A stretch of 16,087 nucleotides of DNA from NCBI GenBank assembly GCA_965371515.1, contig CBDUYR010000056.1, forward strand, positions 1 to 16,087, written 5' to 3'. The stretch is from an uncultured bacterium. GTDB taxonomy: Bacteria > Krumholzibacteriota > Krumholzibacteriia > Krumholzibacteriales > Krumholzibacteriaceae. Each line of letters opens with the position of its first letter. Position 1 is the first letter of the stretch. Under the pieces are notes generated by a model. It saw nothing but the letters and a program-made list of their open reading frames with translations, had not been told where the DNA came from and did not search any database. Below, in pieces: positions 1-8,954 of this stretch. A program made the translations under genes and the position numbers.

Positions 1-51
1 GAAGGCGGCAGGACCGTCGGCGCGGGCGTCGTGACCGAAATCGTGGAATAG
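1..51 (+). CDS. tuf: Elongation factor Tu, 3' end only (partial)
   Basis: Frame 1 reads [20 protein letters not shown] (TAG 49-51), the conserved EF-Tu C-terminus. It lies directly upstream of rpsJ and is not in the ORF track. Confidence 0.95.
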   Translation, partial: EGGRTVGAGVVTEIVE

Positions 52-70
52 CGGGTTGGAGGTTAGCCCG

Positions 71-379
71 GTGGATGGTCAGAACATAAGGATAAAACTG
101 AAGGCATTCGAGCATTCAATGCTGGATCGATGCGCCGAGGAGATAGTGAAGACAGCACGGAGGACTGGTTCGGAGGTTTCCGGCCCCATCCCCCTTCCGA
201 CGAAGCGGACTGTCTACACCGTTCTCCGATCGCCGCATGTTAACAAGAAGTCGCGGGAGCAGTTCGAGATCAGGGTGCACAAGAGGCTGATATGGATAAC
301 CAACGTTACTCCGAAGGCCGTGGACGCCCTGCAGAAGCTCGATCTACCCGCCGGAGTGGATATCGAGATCAAAGTCTGA
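71..379 (+). CDS. rpsJ: 30S ribosomal protein uS10
   Basis: Motifs [31 protein letters not shown]. Start moved from 56 to GTG 71 because GGAGGT at 58-63 is a well-spaced SD. Confidence 0.98.
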   Translation: MDGQNIRIKLKAFEHSMLDRCAEEIVKTARRTGSEVSGPIPLPTKRTVYTVLRSPHVNKKSREQFEIRVHKRLIWITNVTPKAVDALQKLDLPAGVDIEIKV

Positions 380-392
380 TTCGGAGGATGAG

Positions 393-1028
393 ATGATAGG
401 GTTGATCGGCAGGAAAATCGGGATGAGCCAGATCTTCGACGAGAAGGGATCGGTGATCCCCGTGTCGGTGATAGAGGCGGGCCCGTGTCCTGTGGTGCAG
501 GTCAAGAACGAAGAGTCCGACGGCTACAACGCGGTGCAGATCGCGTTCGAAGAGGTCAGGCAGTCCCGTTCGAACCTGCCGCAGATGGGGCATTTCCGGA
601 AAGCCGGACTCCCGCCTTACCGCCATGTCCAGGAATTCAGGGTGGATGACCCGTCGGCCTTCGAGCCCGGTCAGCTGATCGATGTGAGCATCTTCAAAGA
701 TGCTGAAACGATCGACGTTACCGGCAAGTCGAAAGGCAAGGGGTTCCAGGGCGTCGTGAAACGCTATGGATTCGGGGGCGGCAAGGCCTCCCACGGCGTG
801 AACAAGGTGCACAGGGGGGGCGGTTCGATCGGAATGGCGGCCTGGCCCAGCCGTGTCCTCAAGGGGACGAAGATGCCCGGCCGTATGGGCAACGCAAATA
901 ATCACGTCAAGAATCTCAAGGTTGTCGAAGTCGACACGGAAAACAATCTCCTGCTTGTAAGGGGCGCGGTTCCCGGCTCGAGGAATACGATCCTCAGGCT
1001 GACCACCACGTCCACGAAGCAGGGCTGA
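393..1028 (+). CDS. rplC: 50S ribosomal protein uL3
   Basis: Motifs [40 protein letters not shown] upstream. Confidence 0.98.
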   Translation: MIGLIGRKIGMSQIFDEKGSVIPVSVIEAGPCPVVQVKNEESDGYNAVQIAFEEVRQSRSNLPQMGHFRKAGLPPYRHVQEFRVDDPSAFEPGQLIDVSIFKDAETIDVTGKSKGKGFQGVVKRYGFGGGKASHGVNKVHRGGGSIGMAAWPSRVLKGTKMPGRMGNANNHVKNLKVVEVDTENNLLLVRGAVPGSRNTILRLTTTSTKQG

Positions 1029-1043
1029 TCATGAGGATGAGAG

Positions 1044-1670
1044 ATGGCAAGCGCGAATCTATATGATTTCAACGGTGAGCTGAAGGGCAAGGTGGACCTT
1101 CCCGAATCGCTCTTTGGCGGTCCCGTGAACAAGGCGGTGCTGTACGATGCGGTGCGCATGTACGAGGCCAACAGGCGGCTCGGAACGGCCAAGGCCAAGG
1201 AGCGCAGTGAGATTCGTTTCAGCAATGCAAAGCCTTACAGGCAGAAGGGGACAGGCCGGGCGAGAGCTGGCAGGCGTTCCTCTCCCATCTGGAGAGGTGG
1301 CGGAGTGGTCTTCCCTCCGAAGCCGAGGGATTACGGATTCTCCGTACCCAAGAAGGTCAAGAGGCTCGCTCTGAAGTCGGCCCTGGCCGACAAGGGCGGC
1401 GAGGAAAGCGTGGTCGTGGTAGAGAACTTCTCGATGGACACGCCGAAGACCAGGCTCTTCGCCGGATTCCTCGAGGCCGCCGGGCTGTCGAGCAGAAAGG
1501 TGCTCTTCGTCTCGGCGGGATTCGACGACAACGTGTTCAAGTCGGCCAGAAACCTCAAGGGTGTCGAGTTCATGCTCGCCAGCGACATGAACGCCCTCAA
1601 GATACTGAAGGCCGACACGCTGCTCTTTACGAAGGACGCTCTGGCGAAGATCGAGGAGGTGTTCGCGTAA
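1044..1670 (+). CDS. rplD: 50S ribosomal protein uL4
   Basis: Motifs KPYRQKGTGRARAG and SPIWRGGGVVFPPKPRDY; canonical position. Confidence 0.98.
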   Translation: MASANLYDFNGELKGKVDLPESLFGGPVNKAVLYDAVRMYEANRRLGTAKAKERSEIRFSNAKPYRQKGTGRARAGRRSSPIWRGGGVVFPPKPRDYGFSVPKKVKRLALKSALADKGGEESVVVVENFSMDTPKTRLFAGFLEAAGLSSRKVLFVSAGFDDNVFKSARNLKGVEFMLASDMNALKILKADTLLFTKDALAKIEEVFA

Positions 1671-1972
1671 TGGCCGATATCCGGAAGATAATCTTCAAGC
1701 CTGTGATCACGGAACGGTCGGCAATACTGAAGGAGGCGGACAACAAGTTCGTCTTCGAGGTCGATCCCAGGGCAAACAAGAGAGAGATCAAGCAGGCGGT
1801 GGAGAAGATCTTCGGCGTGACGGTAAAGCGGGTCCGCACGAGCGTACTGCGCGGCAAGCCGAAGACGACGTTCATGAGGTCCGGCCGTTTCACCGGGAAG
1901 CGCCCCGACCGCAAGAAGGCCTATGTGACACTGGCCAAGGGTGAGAATATCGATATCTTCGAGCAGGTATAG
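1670..1972 (+). CDS. rplW: 50S ribosomal protein uL23
   Basis: Motifs PVITE, FEVDPRANKREIKQAVE, KKAYVTL; TAATG overlap with the rplD stop. Confidence 0.97.
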   Translation: MADIRKIIFKPVITERSAILKEADNKFVFEVDPRANKREIKQAVEKIFGVTVKRVRTSVLRGKPKTTFMRSGRFTGKRPDRKKAYVTLAKGENIDIFEQV

Positions 1973-1988
1973 TCTTGCCTCGTTGTAT

Positions 1989-2006
1989 AGCCCCTCCCGA
2001 GGGGCT
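1989..2006 (+). promoter_or_regulatory. Intergenic stem-loop between rplW and rplB (function unknown)
   Basis: AGCCCCT-CCCG-AGGGGCT is a perfect 7-bp stem with a 4-nt loop and no U-tract. Confidence 0.45.
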
Positions 2007-2029
2007 GCCAAGAGAAAAGGAACTGATCG

Positions 2030-2860
2030 ATGGCTCTGAAGAAATTTAAACCGACGACGTCGACGTTGCGTTTCAAGACGGTCACCGATTACTCCGGCCT
2101 TACGAAGAAGGAACCGGAGAAATCGCTCATCGAACCGATCAAGAGGACCGGAGGACGCAACAATCAGGGGCGCATCACGATGCGCAGGATGGGCGGCGGC
2201 CACAAGCGCCGTTACCGCAGGATCGATTTCAAACGCGACAAGCACGGTGTTCCCGCGAAGGTCGCCGCGATCGAGTACGATCCGAACCGTTCGGCTTTCA
2301 TCGCGCTCCTGCACTACGCGGATGGAGAGAAGCGCTATATCCTGGCGCCTCACGGGACCAAGGAAGGGGACACGGTGGTATCGGGACCCGATATCGATAT
2401 CCATCCCGGGAACTCCCTGCCGTTGGAAAAGATCCCGACGGGTCTGTTAGTGCACAATATCGAAATGATCGCCGGCCGCGGCGGTCAGATGGTCCGCAGC
2501 GCCGGCGCATACGCGCAGCTCATGGCCAAGGAAGGCAATTATGTCTCCCTGCGGCTGCCCAGCGGCGAGATCCGCATGGTCCGCAAGGAGTGCTACGCAA
2601 CCATCGGTCAGGTGAGCAACTTAGATCACGAGAACGTCACGATCGGAAAGGCCGGCAGATCCCGCTGGCTCGGCAAGAGGCCGAAGGTCAGGGGCGTTGC
2701 CATGAACCCGGTCGATCATCCTCACGGCGGCGGCGAGGGTCGCACCAGCGGGGGCCGTCATCCCGTGAGCCCATGGGGCCTTCCGACCAAGGGAAAGAGG
2801 ACGAGAGGGAAGAAGCCCTCTGACAAGTACATCGTCCACAGACGCAAGAAGAAGAGGTAA
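2030..2860 (+). CDS. rplB: 50S ribosomal protein uL2
   Basis: Motifs [35 protein letters not shown]. Confidence 0.99.
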   Translation: MALKKFKPTTSTLRFKTVTDYSGLTKKEPEKSLIEPIKRTGGRNNQGRITMRRMGGGHKRRYRRIDFKRDKHGVPAKVAAIEYDPNRSAFIALLHYADGEKRYILAPHGTKEGDTVVSGPDIDIHPGNSLPLEKIPTGLLVHNIEMIAGRGGQMVRSAGAYAQLMAKEGNYVSLRLPSGEIRMVRKECYATIGQVSNLDHENVTIGKAGRSRWLGKRPKVRGVAMNPVDHPHGGGEGRTSGGRHPVSPWGLPTKGKRTRGKKPSDKYIVHRRKKKR

Positions 2861-2863
2861 TGG

Positions 2864-3139
2864 ATGGCCAGATCACTGAAAAAGGGTCCCTTTATCGATT
2901 ACAAGCTTATCCGCAAGATCGAGAGGATGAACGAGACTGGCGAGAAGAGGGTCATCAAGACCTGGGCCAGGAGATCGACCATTTCTCCCGAGTTCGTGGG
3001 CCACACACTGGCGGTCCACAGCGGAAACAAGTTCGTCCCTGTGTTCATCACTGAGAACATGGTCGGTCACAAGGTCGGCGAGTTCGTCGCGACCAGGACC
3101 TACCGGGGACACACGAGTAAGGTAAAGAGAAAGCAGTAG
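2864..3139 (+). CDS. rpsS: 30S ribosomal protein uS19
   Basis: Motifs [28 protein letters not shown]. Confidence 0.98.
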   Translation: MARSLKKGPFIDYKLIRKIERMNETGEKRVIKTWARRSTISPEFVGHTLAVHSGNKFVPVFITENMVGHKVGEFVATRTYRGHTSKVKRKQ

Positions 3140-3162
3140 CAGATAAACGGAGGTAGGCGGAG

Positions 3163-3522
3163 ATGGAAGCACGCGCAAAAGCGCGGCACGTGAGAGTCTC
3201 ACCGAGGAAGGCAAGGATTGTTGTCGACCTCGTAAGGGGGCTGTCGGTAGAGAAGGCTCTCGAGATACTGAAATTCTCGAGTAAGGCCGTTGCGCGCCCG
3301 ATAGAGAAAACCGTTGTTTCGGCCATGCACAACCTGGCCGGACAGTTCGAGCATCCCGTAGAGCCCGCCGAGATGAATATCAAGGAGATATTCGTGAACG
3401 AGGGCAGGACGATGTACAGGATCAGACCGAGAGCCCAGGGGCGTGCTTACCGTATTCGTAAGCGCAGCAGCAGTATCACGGTGGTTGTCGACTACCGCGG
3501 CGAGCTCGAGACCGGAAAGTAA
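3163..3522 (+). CDS. rplV: 50S ribosomal protein uL22
   Basis: Motifs RVSPRKAR and RPRAQGRAYRIRKRSSSITV; SD GGAGGT upstream. Confidence 0.97.
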   Translation: MEARAKARHVRVSPRKARIVVDLVRGLSVEKALEILKFSSKAVARPIEKTVVSAMHNLAGQFEHPVEPAEMNIKEIFVNEGRTMYRIRPRAQGRAYRIRKRSSSITVVVDYRGELETGK

Positions 3523-3543
3523 GAGAAAGACGAGGAGGATATC

Positions 3544-4230
3544 TTGGGTCAGAAGACACATCCCGTCGGATTGAGGCTCGGAATCAACCGGTCGTGGGAT
3601 AGTAAATGGTTCACATCGAAGCATACGGCCGAATGGCTGGAAGAGGATATCAAGCTGAGACGCTACATCAAGAAGCGTCTGGCGCGTGCGGGCGTGTCGA
3701 AGATCGTGGTGGAGCGCCGCGGCGGCAAAGTCAAGATCCATATCCATACGGCAAGACCTGGCATGGTCATCGGACGAAAGGGAGCCGAAGTGGATTTCCT
3801 CAGTGAGGAGCTGGCCCACCTCACCAACAAGGAAGTCAATATCGATATCAAGGAAGTGAAAAAGCCTGAACTCAACGCGCAGCTCGTAGCCGAGCATATC
3901 GCCGGGCAGCTCGAGCAGAGGGTGTCCTTCAGGCGGGCGATGAAGAAGGCGATCGGTTCGGCGATGAGGATGGGAGCACTCGGAATCAAGGTCAAGTGTT
4001 CGGGAAGGCTCGGGGGGGCGGAGATGTCGAGGGCGGAAGGTTACATGGATGGGCAGGTTCCCCTGCACACCCTCCGCGCCAACATCGATTATGCCAGAGC
4101 AACGGCCTTTACGACATACGGCACGGTCGGCGTGAAGATCTGGATCTACCTCGGAGAGATATTCCCCAAGGATTTCAAGCGCCAGCTCAGCGAGTCCGCG
4201 ATTGACGATTCCGCGAAGGATCGTCGCTGA
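3544..4230 (+). CDS. rpsC: 30S ribosomal protein uS3
   Basis: Motifs [39 protein letters not shown] start with SD GAGGAGG at 3532-3538. Confidence 0.98.
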   Translation: MGQKTHPVGLRLGINRSWDSKWFTSKHTAEWLEEDIKLRRYIKKRLARAGVSKIVVERRGGKVKIHIHTARPGMVIGRKGAEVDFLSEELAHLTNKEVNIDIKEVKKPELNAQLVAEHIAGQLEQRVSFRRAMKKAIGSAMRMGALGIKVKCSGRLGGAEMSRAEGYMDGQVPLHTLRANIDYARATAFTTYGTVGVKIWIYLGEIFPKDFKRQLSESAIDDSAKDRR

Positions 4231-4251
4231 ACGAGAGAGGTTGATTGAGCC

Positions 4252-4680
4252 ATGTTGATGCCGAAACGTACAAAATTCCGTAAGATGCAGAGAGGCCGCA
4301 TGCGGGGCGCAGCCCATCGCGGTTCGAAAATCAGCTTCGGCGAGTACGGGCTGCAGGCCGAGGCCCCCGGCTGGATCACCAACAGGCAACTCGAGGCTGC
4401 GCGAGTGGCGATAATGCGCCATATCCAGAGACAGGGCAAGCTGTGGATCCGCGTCTTTCCCGACAAGCCTGTCACTGTCAAGCCGGCGGAGACTCGTATG
4501 GGCAAGGGTAAGGGCGCTCCCGAATACTGGGTTGCGGTCGTAAAGCCTGGTCGCATCATGTTCGAGCTCGCGGGCGTGAAGCAGGAAGACGCAAAGAGAG
4601 CGATGCAGCTCGCCGCCGCGAAACTTCCGATCAAGGTGAAGTTCGTTCGCCGCGTTGCGACGGGAAAGGTGGCCGGCTAG
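4252..4680 (+). CDS. rplP: 50S ribosomal protein uL16
   Basis: Motifs [26 protein letters not shown]. Confidence 0.98.
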   Translation: MLMPKRTKFRKMQRGRMRGAAHRGSKISFGEYGLQAEAPGWITNRQLEAARVAIMRHIQRQGKLWIRVFPDKPVTVKPAETRMGKGKGAPEYWVAVVKPGRIMFELAGVKQEDAKRAMQLAAAKLPIKVKFVRRVATGKVAG

Positions 4681-4700
4681 ACAACCGGATGGTTTAAGAG

Positions 4701-4913
4701 ATGAAAACTGTTGAACTGAAAGAACTGACACTGGATGAACTGATGAGCCGCGAAGAGGAGCTGACTGAGGAGCTGACGCGTCTGCGGATACAGCTCTCGA
4801 TCAAGCGACTGGACAATCCCCTTCAGGTGAGGATAGTCAGGCGTGACCTGGCAAGGGTGAAGACCGTAATCACCGAGAAGGCGGCGGCAGCGGACGGTGC
4901 GCAGGAAGGCTGA
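4701..4913 (+). CDS. rpmC: 50S ribosomal protein uL29
   Basis: 70 aa, helical, with LDNPLQVRIVRRDLARVKT; lies between rplP and rpsQ. Confidence 0.95.
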   Translation: MKTVELKELTLDELMSREEELTEELTRLRIQLSIKRLDNPLQVRIVRRDLARVKTVITEKAAAADGAQEG

Positions 4914-4950
4914 CCGCTTTCCAGGGCGCCCTGTAAAACGAGGAGTGGAG

Positions 4951-5208
4951 ATGGAAGAAAGAAAGCCCAGAAAGAGTCTTGTCGGGTTGGTCGTGAGCGA
5001 CAAGATGGACAGGACCGTGACGATATCCATCGAGCGCACTTTTCAGCACCCGAGGTACAAGAAGATCGTCAGGAAGACGTCGAAGATCTGGGCGCACGAT
5101 GCCGAGAACGAATGTCGGACCGGAGACAAGGTGAAGGTCATGTCGACGAGACCGCTGAGCAAGCTGAAGCGCTGGCGTGTCGTTGAGATTATCAAGAGGG
5201 CACAGTAG
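4951..5208 (+). CDS. rpsQ: 30S ribosomal protein uS17
   Basis: Motifs GLVVSDKMDRT, HPRYKK, AHD, TRPLSKLKRW. Start moved from 4897 to ATG 4951, which follows GAGGAG. Confidence 0.97.
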   Translation: MEERKPRKSLVGLVVSDKMDRTVTISIERTFQHPRYKKIVRKTSKIWAHDAENECRTGDKVKVMSTRPLSKLKRWRVVEIIKRAQ

Positions 5209-5217
5209 GAGACGACG

Positions 5218-5586
5218 ATGATCAAGATGCAGACAAATCTGGTTGTCGCCGACAATTCGGGGGCAAAGAACATCAGGTGTATCAAGGTCCTCGGTGGTTC
5301 GCGAAGGCGTTATGCGTCCGTGGGAGACATAATAAGCGCTTCCGTACGGGTCGCGATGCCGGGCGGAACCGTTAAGAAAGGACAGCTGGTTAAGTGCGTT
5401 ATAGTGCGCACGAAGAAGGAAGTCAGACGGAAGGACGGCAGCTACATACGGTTCGATCAGAACGCTGCCGTAGTGATTAACGAGCAGAAAGAGCCGATCG
5501 GGACGAGGATCTTCGGCCCGGTGGCAAGGGAGCTCAGGGAGAAGAAGTTCATGAAGATCGTCTCCCTGGCGCCGGAGGTTATCTGA
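5218..5586 (+). CDS. rplN: 50S ribosomal protein uL14
   Basis: Motifs [35 protein letters not shown]. Confidence 0.99.
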   Translation: MIKMQTNLVVADNSGAKNIRCIKVLGGSRRRYASVGDIISASVRVAMPGGTVKKGQLVKCVIVRTKKEVRRKDGSYIRFDQNAAVVINEQKEPIGTRIFGPVARELREKKFMKIVSLAPEVI

Positions 5587-5606
5587 ATACCGGACGGAAA
5601 TTCTAA

Positions 5607-5927
5607 ATGAAGATCAAAAAGAACGATACAGTAAGAGTGGTTGCGGGTAACGCAAAGGGAACCGAGGGAAAGGTCCTCAAGGTCTTCCCCGAAAAAAACC
5701 GTGTCATCGTCGAAAAGGTCAATATGATCAAGCGGCACACGAGGCAGACGAGCCAGGCCGACCAGGGCGGCATCGTCGAGAAGGAAGCGCCGATAAACGC
5801 TTCCAACGTCATTCTCATATGCCCGAAGTGCAGCAAGCCGACGAGAACGACGCACTCGAAACTGGCCGATGGCCGCAAGGTCCGGCTCTGCAAGAAGTGC
5901 AACGAGACCCTGAGCGACGAGGAATAA
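5607..5927 (+). CDS. rplX: 50S ribosomal protein uL24 (CxxC...CxxC form)
   Basis: KOW-type start IKKNDTVRVVAG, GGIVEKEAPINASNV, and CPKC...CKKC. Confidence 0.97.
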   Translation: MKIKKNDTVRVVAGNAKGTEGKVLKVFPEKNRVIVEKVNMIKRHTRQTSQADQGGIVEKEAPINASNVILICPKCSKPTRTTHSKLADGRKVRLCKKCNETLSDEE

Positions 5928-5943
5928 CGTTAACTGATTCTAG

Positions 5944-6510
5944 ATGGTGAGAGAGATGGCAGATAAGAAACCAAATGTCAGACTGCTTTACGAAGAGAAG
6001 GTTGTCCCTGAGCTGATGAAGAAGTTCGGGTACAAGAATATCATGCAGGTGCCGCGTTTCGAGAAGATCGTCGTCAACATGGGCGTTGGAGAGGCGAACC
6101 AGGATGCCAAGATCCTCGAGGCGGCAGTCAAGGACATGACGGCGATCACGGGGCAGGCCCCGGTCGTGTCCAAGGCGCGCAAGTCGATCGCGGGATTCAA
6201 GCTCCGCGAGGGAGTCCCCGTAGGCTGCTTCGTCACCCTCAGGGGAGAACGCATGTGGGAGTTCTTCGACAGGCTCGTAAACGTGGCTATCCCGCGTATC
6301 AGGGATTTCCGCGGGCTCAGCCAGAAGAGTTTCGACGGACGGGGCAACTACTCGTTAGGCGTCAGGGAACAGACCATATTCCCCGAGGTCGACTACGACA
6401 AGATCCTGAAGATCATGGGGATGGACATAACGGTCGTAACAACTGCCGGTACTGACGAAGAGGCAAGGGAACTGATAACGCTCCTCGGCATGCCTCTCCG
6501 AAAGAACTGA
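5944..6510 (+). CDS. rplE: 50S ribosomal protein uL5
   Basis: Motifs [34 protein letters not shown]. The start could instead be ATG 5956. Confidence 0.98.
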   Translation: MVREMADKKPNVRLLYEEKVVPELMKKFGYKNIMQVPRFEKIVVNMGVGEANQDAKILEAAVKDMTAITGQAPVVSKARKSIAGFKLREGVPVGCFVTLRGERMWEFFDRLVNVAIPRIRDFRGLSQKSFDGRGNYSLGVREQTIFPEVDYDKILKIMGMDITVVTTAGTDEEARELITLLGMPLRKN

Positions 6511-6524
6511 TCCAAGGAGGCTTC

Positions 6525-6710
6525 GTGGCCAAGAAGTGTTTGATAGCGAAAGCTAAGAGGGCGCCCAAGTTCAAGGTCCGCGCGTACAACCGGTGCAGCC
6601 GGTGCGGGCGTTCCAGGGCGTACCTCAGGAGATTCGGAATCTGCCGCATCTGCTTCAGGGAGCTGGCGCTCGAGGGCAAGATCCCTGGCGTCGTTAAGGC
6701 AAGCTGGTAG
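6525..6710 (+). CDS. rpsN: 30S ribosomal protein uS14, short zinc-binding type Z
   Basis: 61 aa with RCSRCGR...ICRICFRE and [12 protein letters not shown] start with SD AAGGAGG at 6514-6520. Confidence 0.97.
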   Translation: MAKKCLIAKAKRAPKFKVRAYNRCSRCGRSRAYLRRFGICRICFRELALEGKIPGVVKASW

Positions 6711-6746
6711 TGCTGTTGGTTTGAGACAAACGAGGTGAATGAAGAG

Positions 6747-7142
6747 ATGATGACCGATCCCATAGCTGACATGCTGACCCGGGTCAGAAATGCGTACAGG
6801 TCCAACAAGGACTATGTCGATATCCCGGCGTCGAAGATCAAGGCGCAGATCGCGCGAATACTGCTCGAGGGCGGATATATAGGCAACGTCAAGTTCATCA
6901 ACGATGGGCTGCAGGGCTCGATCCGTGTGTACATCAAGTATACCGAAGGCAACAAATCGGCCATAGAGGGCATCCGGAGGATCAGCATGCCCAGCCGCAG
7001 GGTGTATGTCACGAGGGACAGGCTTCCCAGGGTCATGGGTGGATTCGGCACTGCCATCCTTTCGACATCGAGGGGTGTAATGACCGAGAAGGAAGCCCGC
7101 AAGCACGGTGTGGGTGGCGAGGTGCTGTGCCACATCTGGTAG
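6747..7142 (+). CDS. rpsH: 30S ribosomal protein uS8
   Basis: Motifs TDPIADMLTRVRNA, ILSTSRGVMT, GGEVLC. Start placed at ATG 6747 (SD GAGGTG 6732-6737); 6735 or 6750 are possible. Confidence 0.97.
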   Translation: MMTDPIADMLTRVRNAYRSNKDYVDIPASKIKAQIARILLEGGYIGNVKFINDGLQGSIRVYIKYTEGNKSAIEGIRRISMPSRRVYVTRDRLPRVMGGFGTAILSTSRGVMTEKEARKHGVGGEVLCHIW

Positions 7143-7170
7143 CTTTGCGCAAACGGAGGTTTAGAGAGTA

Positions 7171-7719
7171 ATGTCACGAGTTGGTAAAAATCCGATACCG
7201 GTCCCGGCCGGGGTAACGGTCGACGTGAAGAACAACAATATCAAGGTCAAGGGACCGAAGGGCGAGCTCGAGAGGATGCTTCACCCCGACATGGTCATAG
7301 AAGTGTTGGCAGATGTCATCCTCGTGAAGAGGCCGACCGAATCGAAGCAGCACAAATCGCTTCACGGACTGACCCGTACCCTCGTGTTCAACATGATCGA
7401 GGGAGTTTCGACCGGTTTTACACGGAATCTCGAGATAGAGGGAGTGGAGTACAGAGCCGAGATCAAGGGAAAGGCGCTTGTGATGGCTCTCGGTTACTCC
7501 CACCCGGTCCGCTACGAGCCCGCCGAGGGCGTTGAGCTGGAGGTTCCCGATCCGAAAAAGATCACAGTGAAGGGTATAGACAAGGAAAAGGTCGGGCAGG
7601 CCGCCGCCGAGATACGCGGCTTCAGACCTCCCGAGCCTTACAAGGGCAAGGGTATTCGCTACGCCGGCGAACAGGTGAGACGCAAGGCCGGCAAAGCTGC
7701 AGTCGGGACCGGCTTCTAG
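7171..7719 (+). CDS. rplF: 50S ribosomal protein uL6
   Basis: Motifs MSRVGKNPI, KGPKGEL, LGYSHP, RPPEPYKGKGIRY. Confidence 0.99.
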   Translation: MSRVGKNPIPVPAGVTVDVKNNNIKVKGPKGELERMLHPDMVIEVLADVILVKRPTESKQHKSLHGLTRTLVFNMIEGVSTGFTRNLEIEGVEYRAEIKGKALVMALGYSHPVRYEPAEGVELEVPDPKKITVKGIDKEKVGQAAAEIRGFRPPEPYKGKGIRYAGEQVRRKAGKAAVGTGF

Positions 7720-7804
7720 CCGGGCCACAACTGATAGACGGAGGCGGGGTCGTCAGGCGAAGCGGCCCGTGCGCCCCGGTCGATGACAGGAGTTGGACGA
7801 AGAG

Positions 7805-8242
7805 ATGAACAAGGCGTATGACAAGAGACAGGCGAGAGTGGGCAGGCGCACCAGAGTGCGCAAGAAGATCCGCGGCAGCGGCGACAGGCCGCGCCTCTCG
7901 GTCTACAGGTCACTCGGTCATATCTACGCGCAGCTGATCGACGACGATACGGGCAGGACGCTTGCGTCGGTGTCGAGCCTGCGCATGGAGATACCGGTCG
8001 CGGAGCCCGCCGAGGCAGCCGCGGCGGGCGACGGCGAGGGCGGCAAGAAAAAGAAGGGCAAAAAGGACAGAAAGCCCGAAGGACTGAAGATGCGCCGTTC
8101 GCGTGCGGTCGGCAAGGCGATCGCCGAGAAGGCCGCCGGCCTCGGTATAAAGAAGGTCTTATTCGACAGAGGCGGGTTCCTCTATCACGGGAGGATCGCG
8201 GCGCTGGCCGATGGTGCCAGGAAGAACGGACTCGAATTCTAA
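7805..8242 (+). CDS. rplR: 50S ribosomal protein uL18 with internal insertion
   Basis: Motifs [38 protein letters not shown]. Start placed at ATG 7805 after AGGAG (7788-7792); the track start is TTG 7793. Confidence 0.96.
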   Translation: MNKAYDKRQARVGRRTRVRKKIRGSGDRPRLSVYRSLGHIYAQLIDDDTGRTLASVSSLRMEIPVAEPAEAAAAGDGEGGKKKKGKKDRKPEGLKMRRSRAVGKAIAEKAAGLGIKKVLFDRGGFLYHGRIAALADGARKNGLEF

Positions 8243-8292
8243 TAGAGACGGTCCGCGATGAGGCGGGCTGAACGCGCACGGGGGTGCGATAG

Positions 8293-8949
8293 TTGAACAG
8301 AAGAGACAAAAGAGATTCCCGAAGGGACAACCGGCGGGACAGGCGCGATGACAACGGTCCGGAGTATCTCGAGCAGACCGTACACATCAACCGCGTGGCC
8401 AAAGTGGTCAAGGGCGGTCGCCGCTTCAGCTTCAACGCCCTGGTCGCCGTCGGCGACGGCATGGGTAAGGTAGGCATCGGTCTCGGGAAGGCAAACGAGA
8501 TTGTTGACGCCATCCGCAAGGCAAGCGAAGCGGCCCGCAGAGACATGATTTCCATTCCGATGATCGAGGGGACGATCCCCTACAAGATGATCGGACGTTT
8601 CGGCGCCTCGCGGGTCCTTCTCAAGCCTGCGGCTCCGGGAACGGGTGTCATCGCTGGCGGGGGCGTTCGCAGCGTGCTCGAGGTGGCTGGAGTGAAGGAC
8701 ATCCTCACCAAGTCGCTTGGCTCGAACAACCCTCACAACATGGTGAAAGCTACTATGGCCGGCATCAGGAGCCTCAGGAGCGCGAAGGAAGTCGCGAAGA
8801 GAAGAAACATATCGGTGAAGAAGCTTTTCGCCCTCGAGGACAAGGCGCCCGAAGTGGAAAAACCTGAAGTCGAGGAGAAGCCAGCCGTCGAGGCCGCGCC
8901 CGTCGTAGAAGAGAAGCCTGCCGGGGAAGCCAAGCAGCAGGACGAATAA
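8293..8949 (+). CDS. rpsE: 30S ribosomal protein uS5 with N- and C-terminal extensions
   Basis: Motifs [41 protein letters not shown] start 6 nt after the SD-like GGGGTG. Confidence 0.97.
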   Translation: MNRRDKRDSRRDNRRDRRDDNGPEYLEQTVHINRVAKVVKGGRRFSFNALVAVGDGMGKVGIGLGKANEIVDAIRKASEAARRDMISIPMIEGTIPYKMIGRFGASRVLLKPAAPGTGVIAGGGVRSVLEVAGVKDILTKSLGSNNPHNMVKATMAGIRSLRSAKEVAKRRNISVKKLFALEDKAPEVEKPEVEEKPAVEAAPVVEEKPAGEAKQQDE

Positions 8950-8954
8950 CGAGG

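Noticed and set aside
3199..4731. 510-aa minus-strand ORF
   Set aside because: Antisense shadow in register with rplV, rpsC and rplP, with no recognisable domain.
5928..5985. Possible uS8 feedback site at the rplX-rplE junction (CTGAT/GTCAG and TGGT/ACCA pairings)
   Set aside because: The position matches the E. coli spc operator, but the pairings are short and I cannot verify 16S helix-21 mimicry by eye.
7731..7769. Hammerhead-ribozyme-like CTGATAGA...CGAAG in the rplF-rplR spacer
   Set aside because: It does not match the required CUGANGA and GAAA core, and I could not build the three stems around a cleavage triplet.
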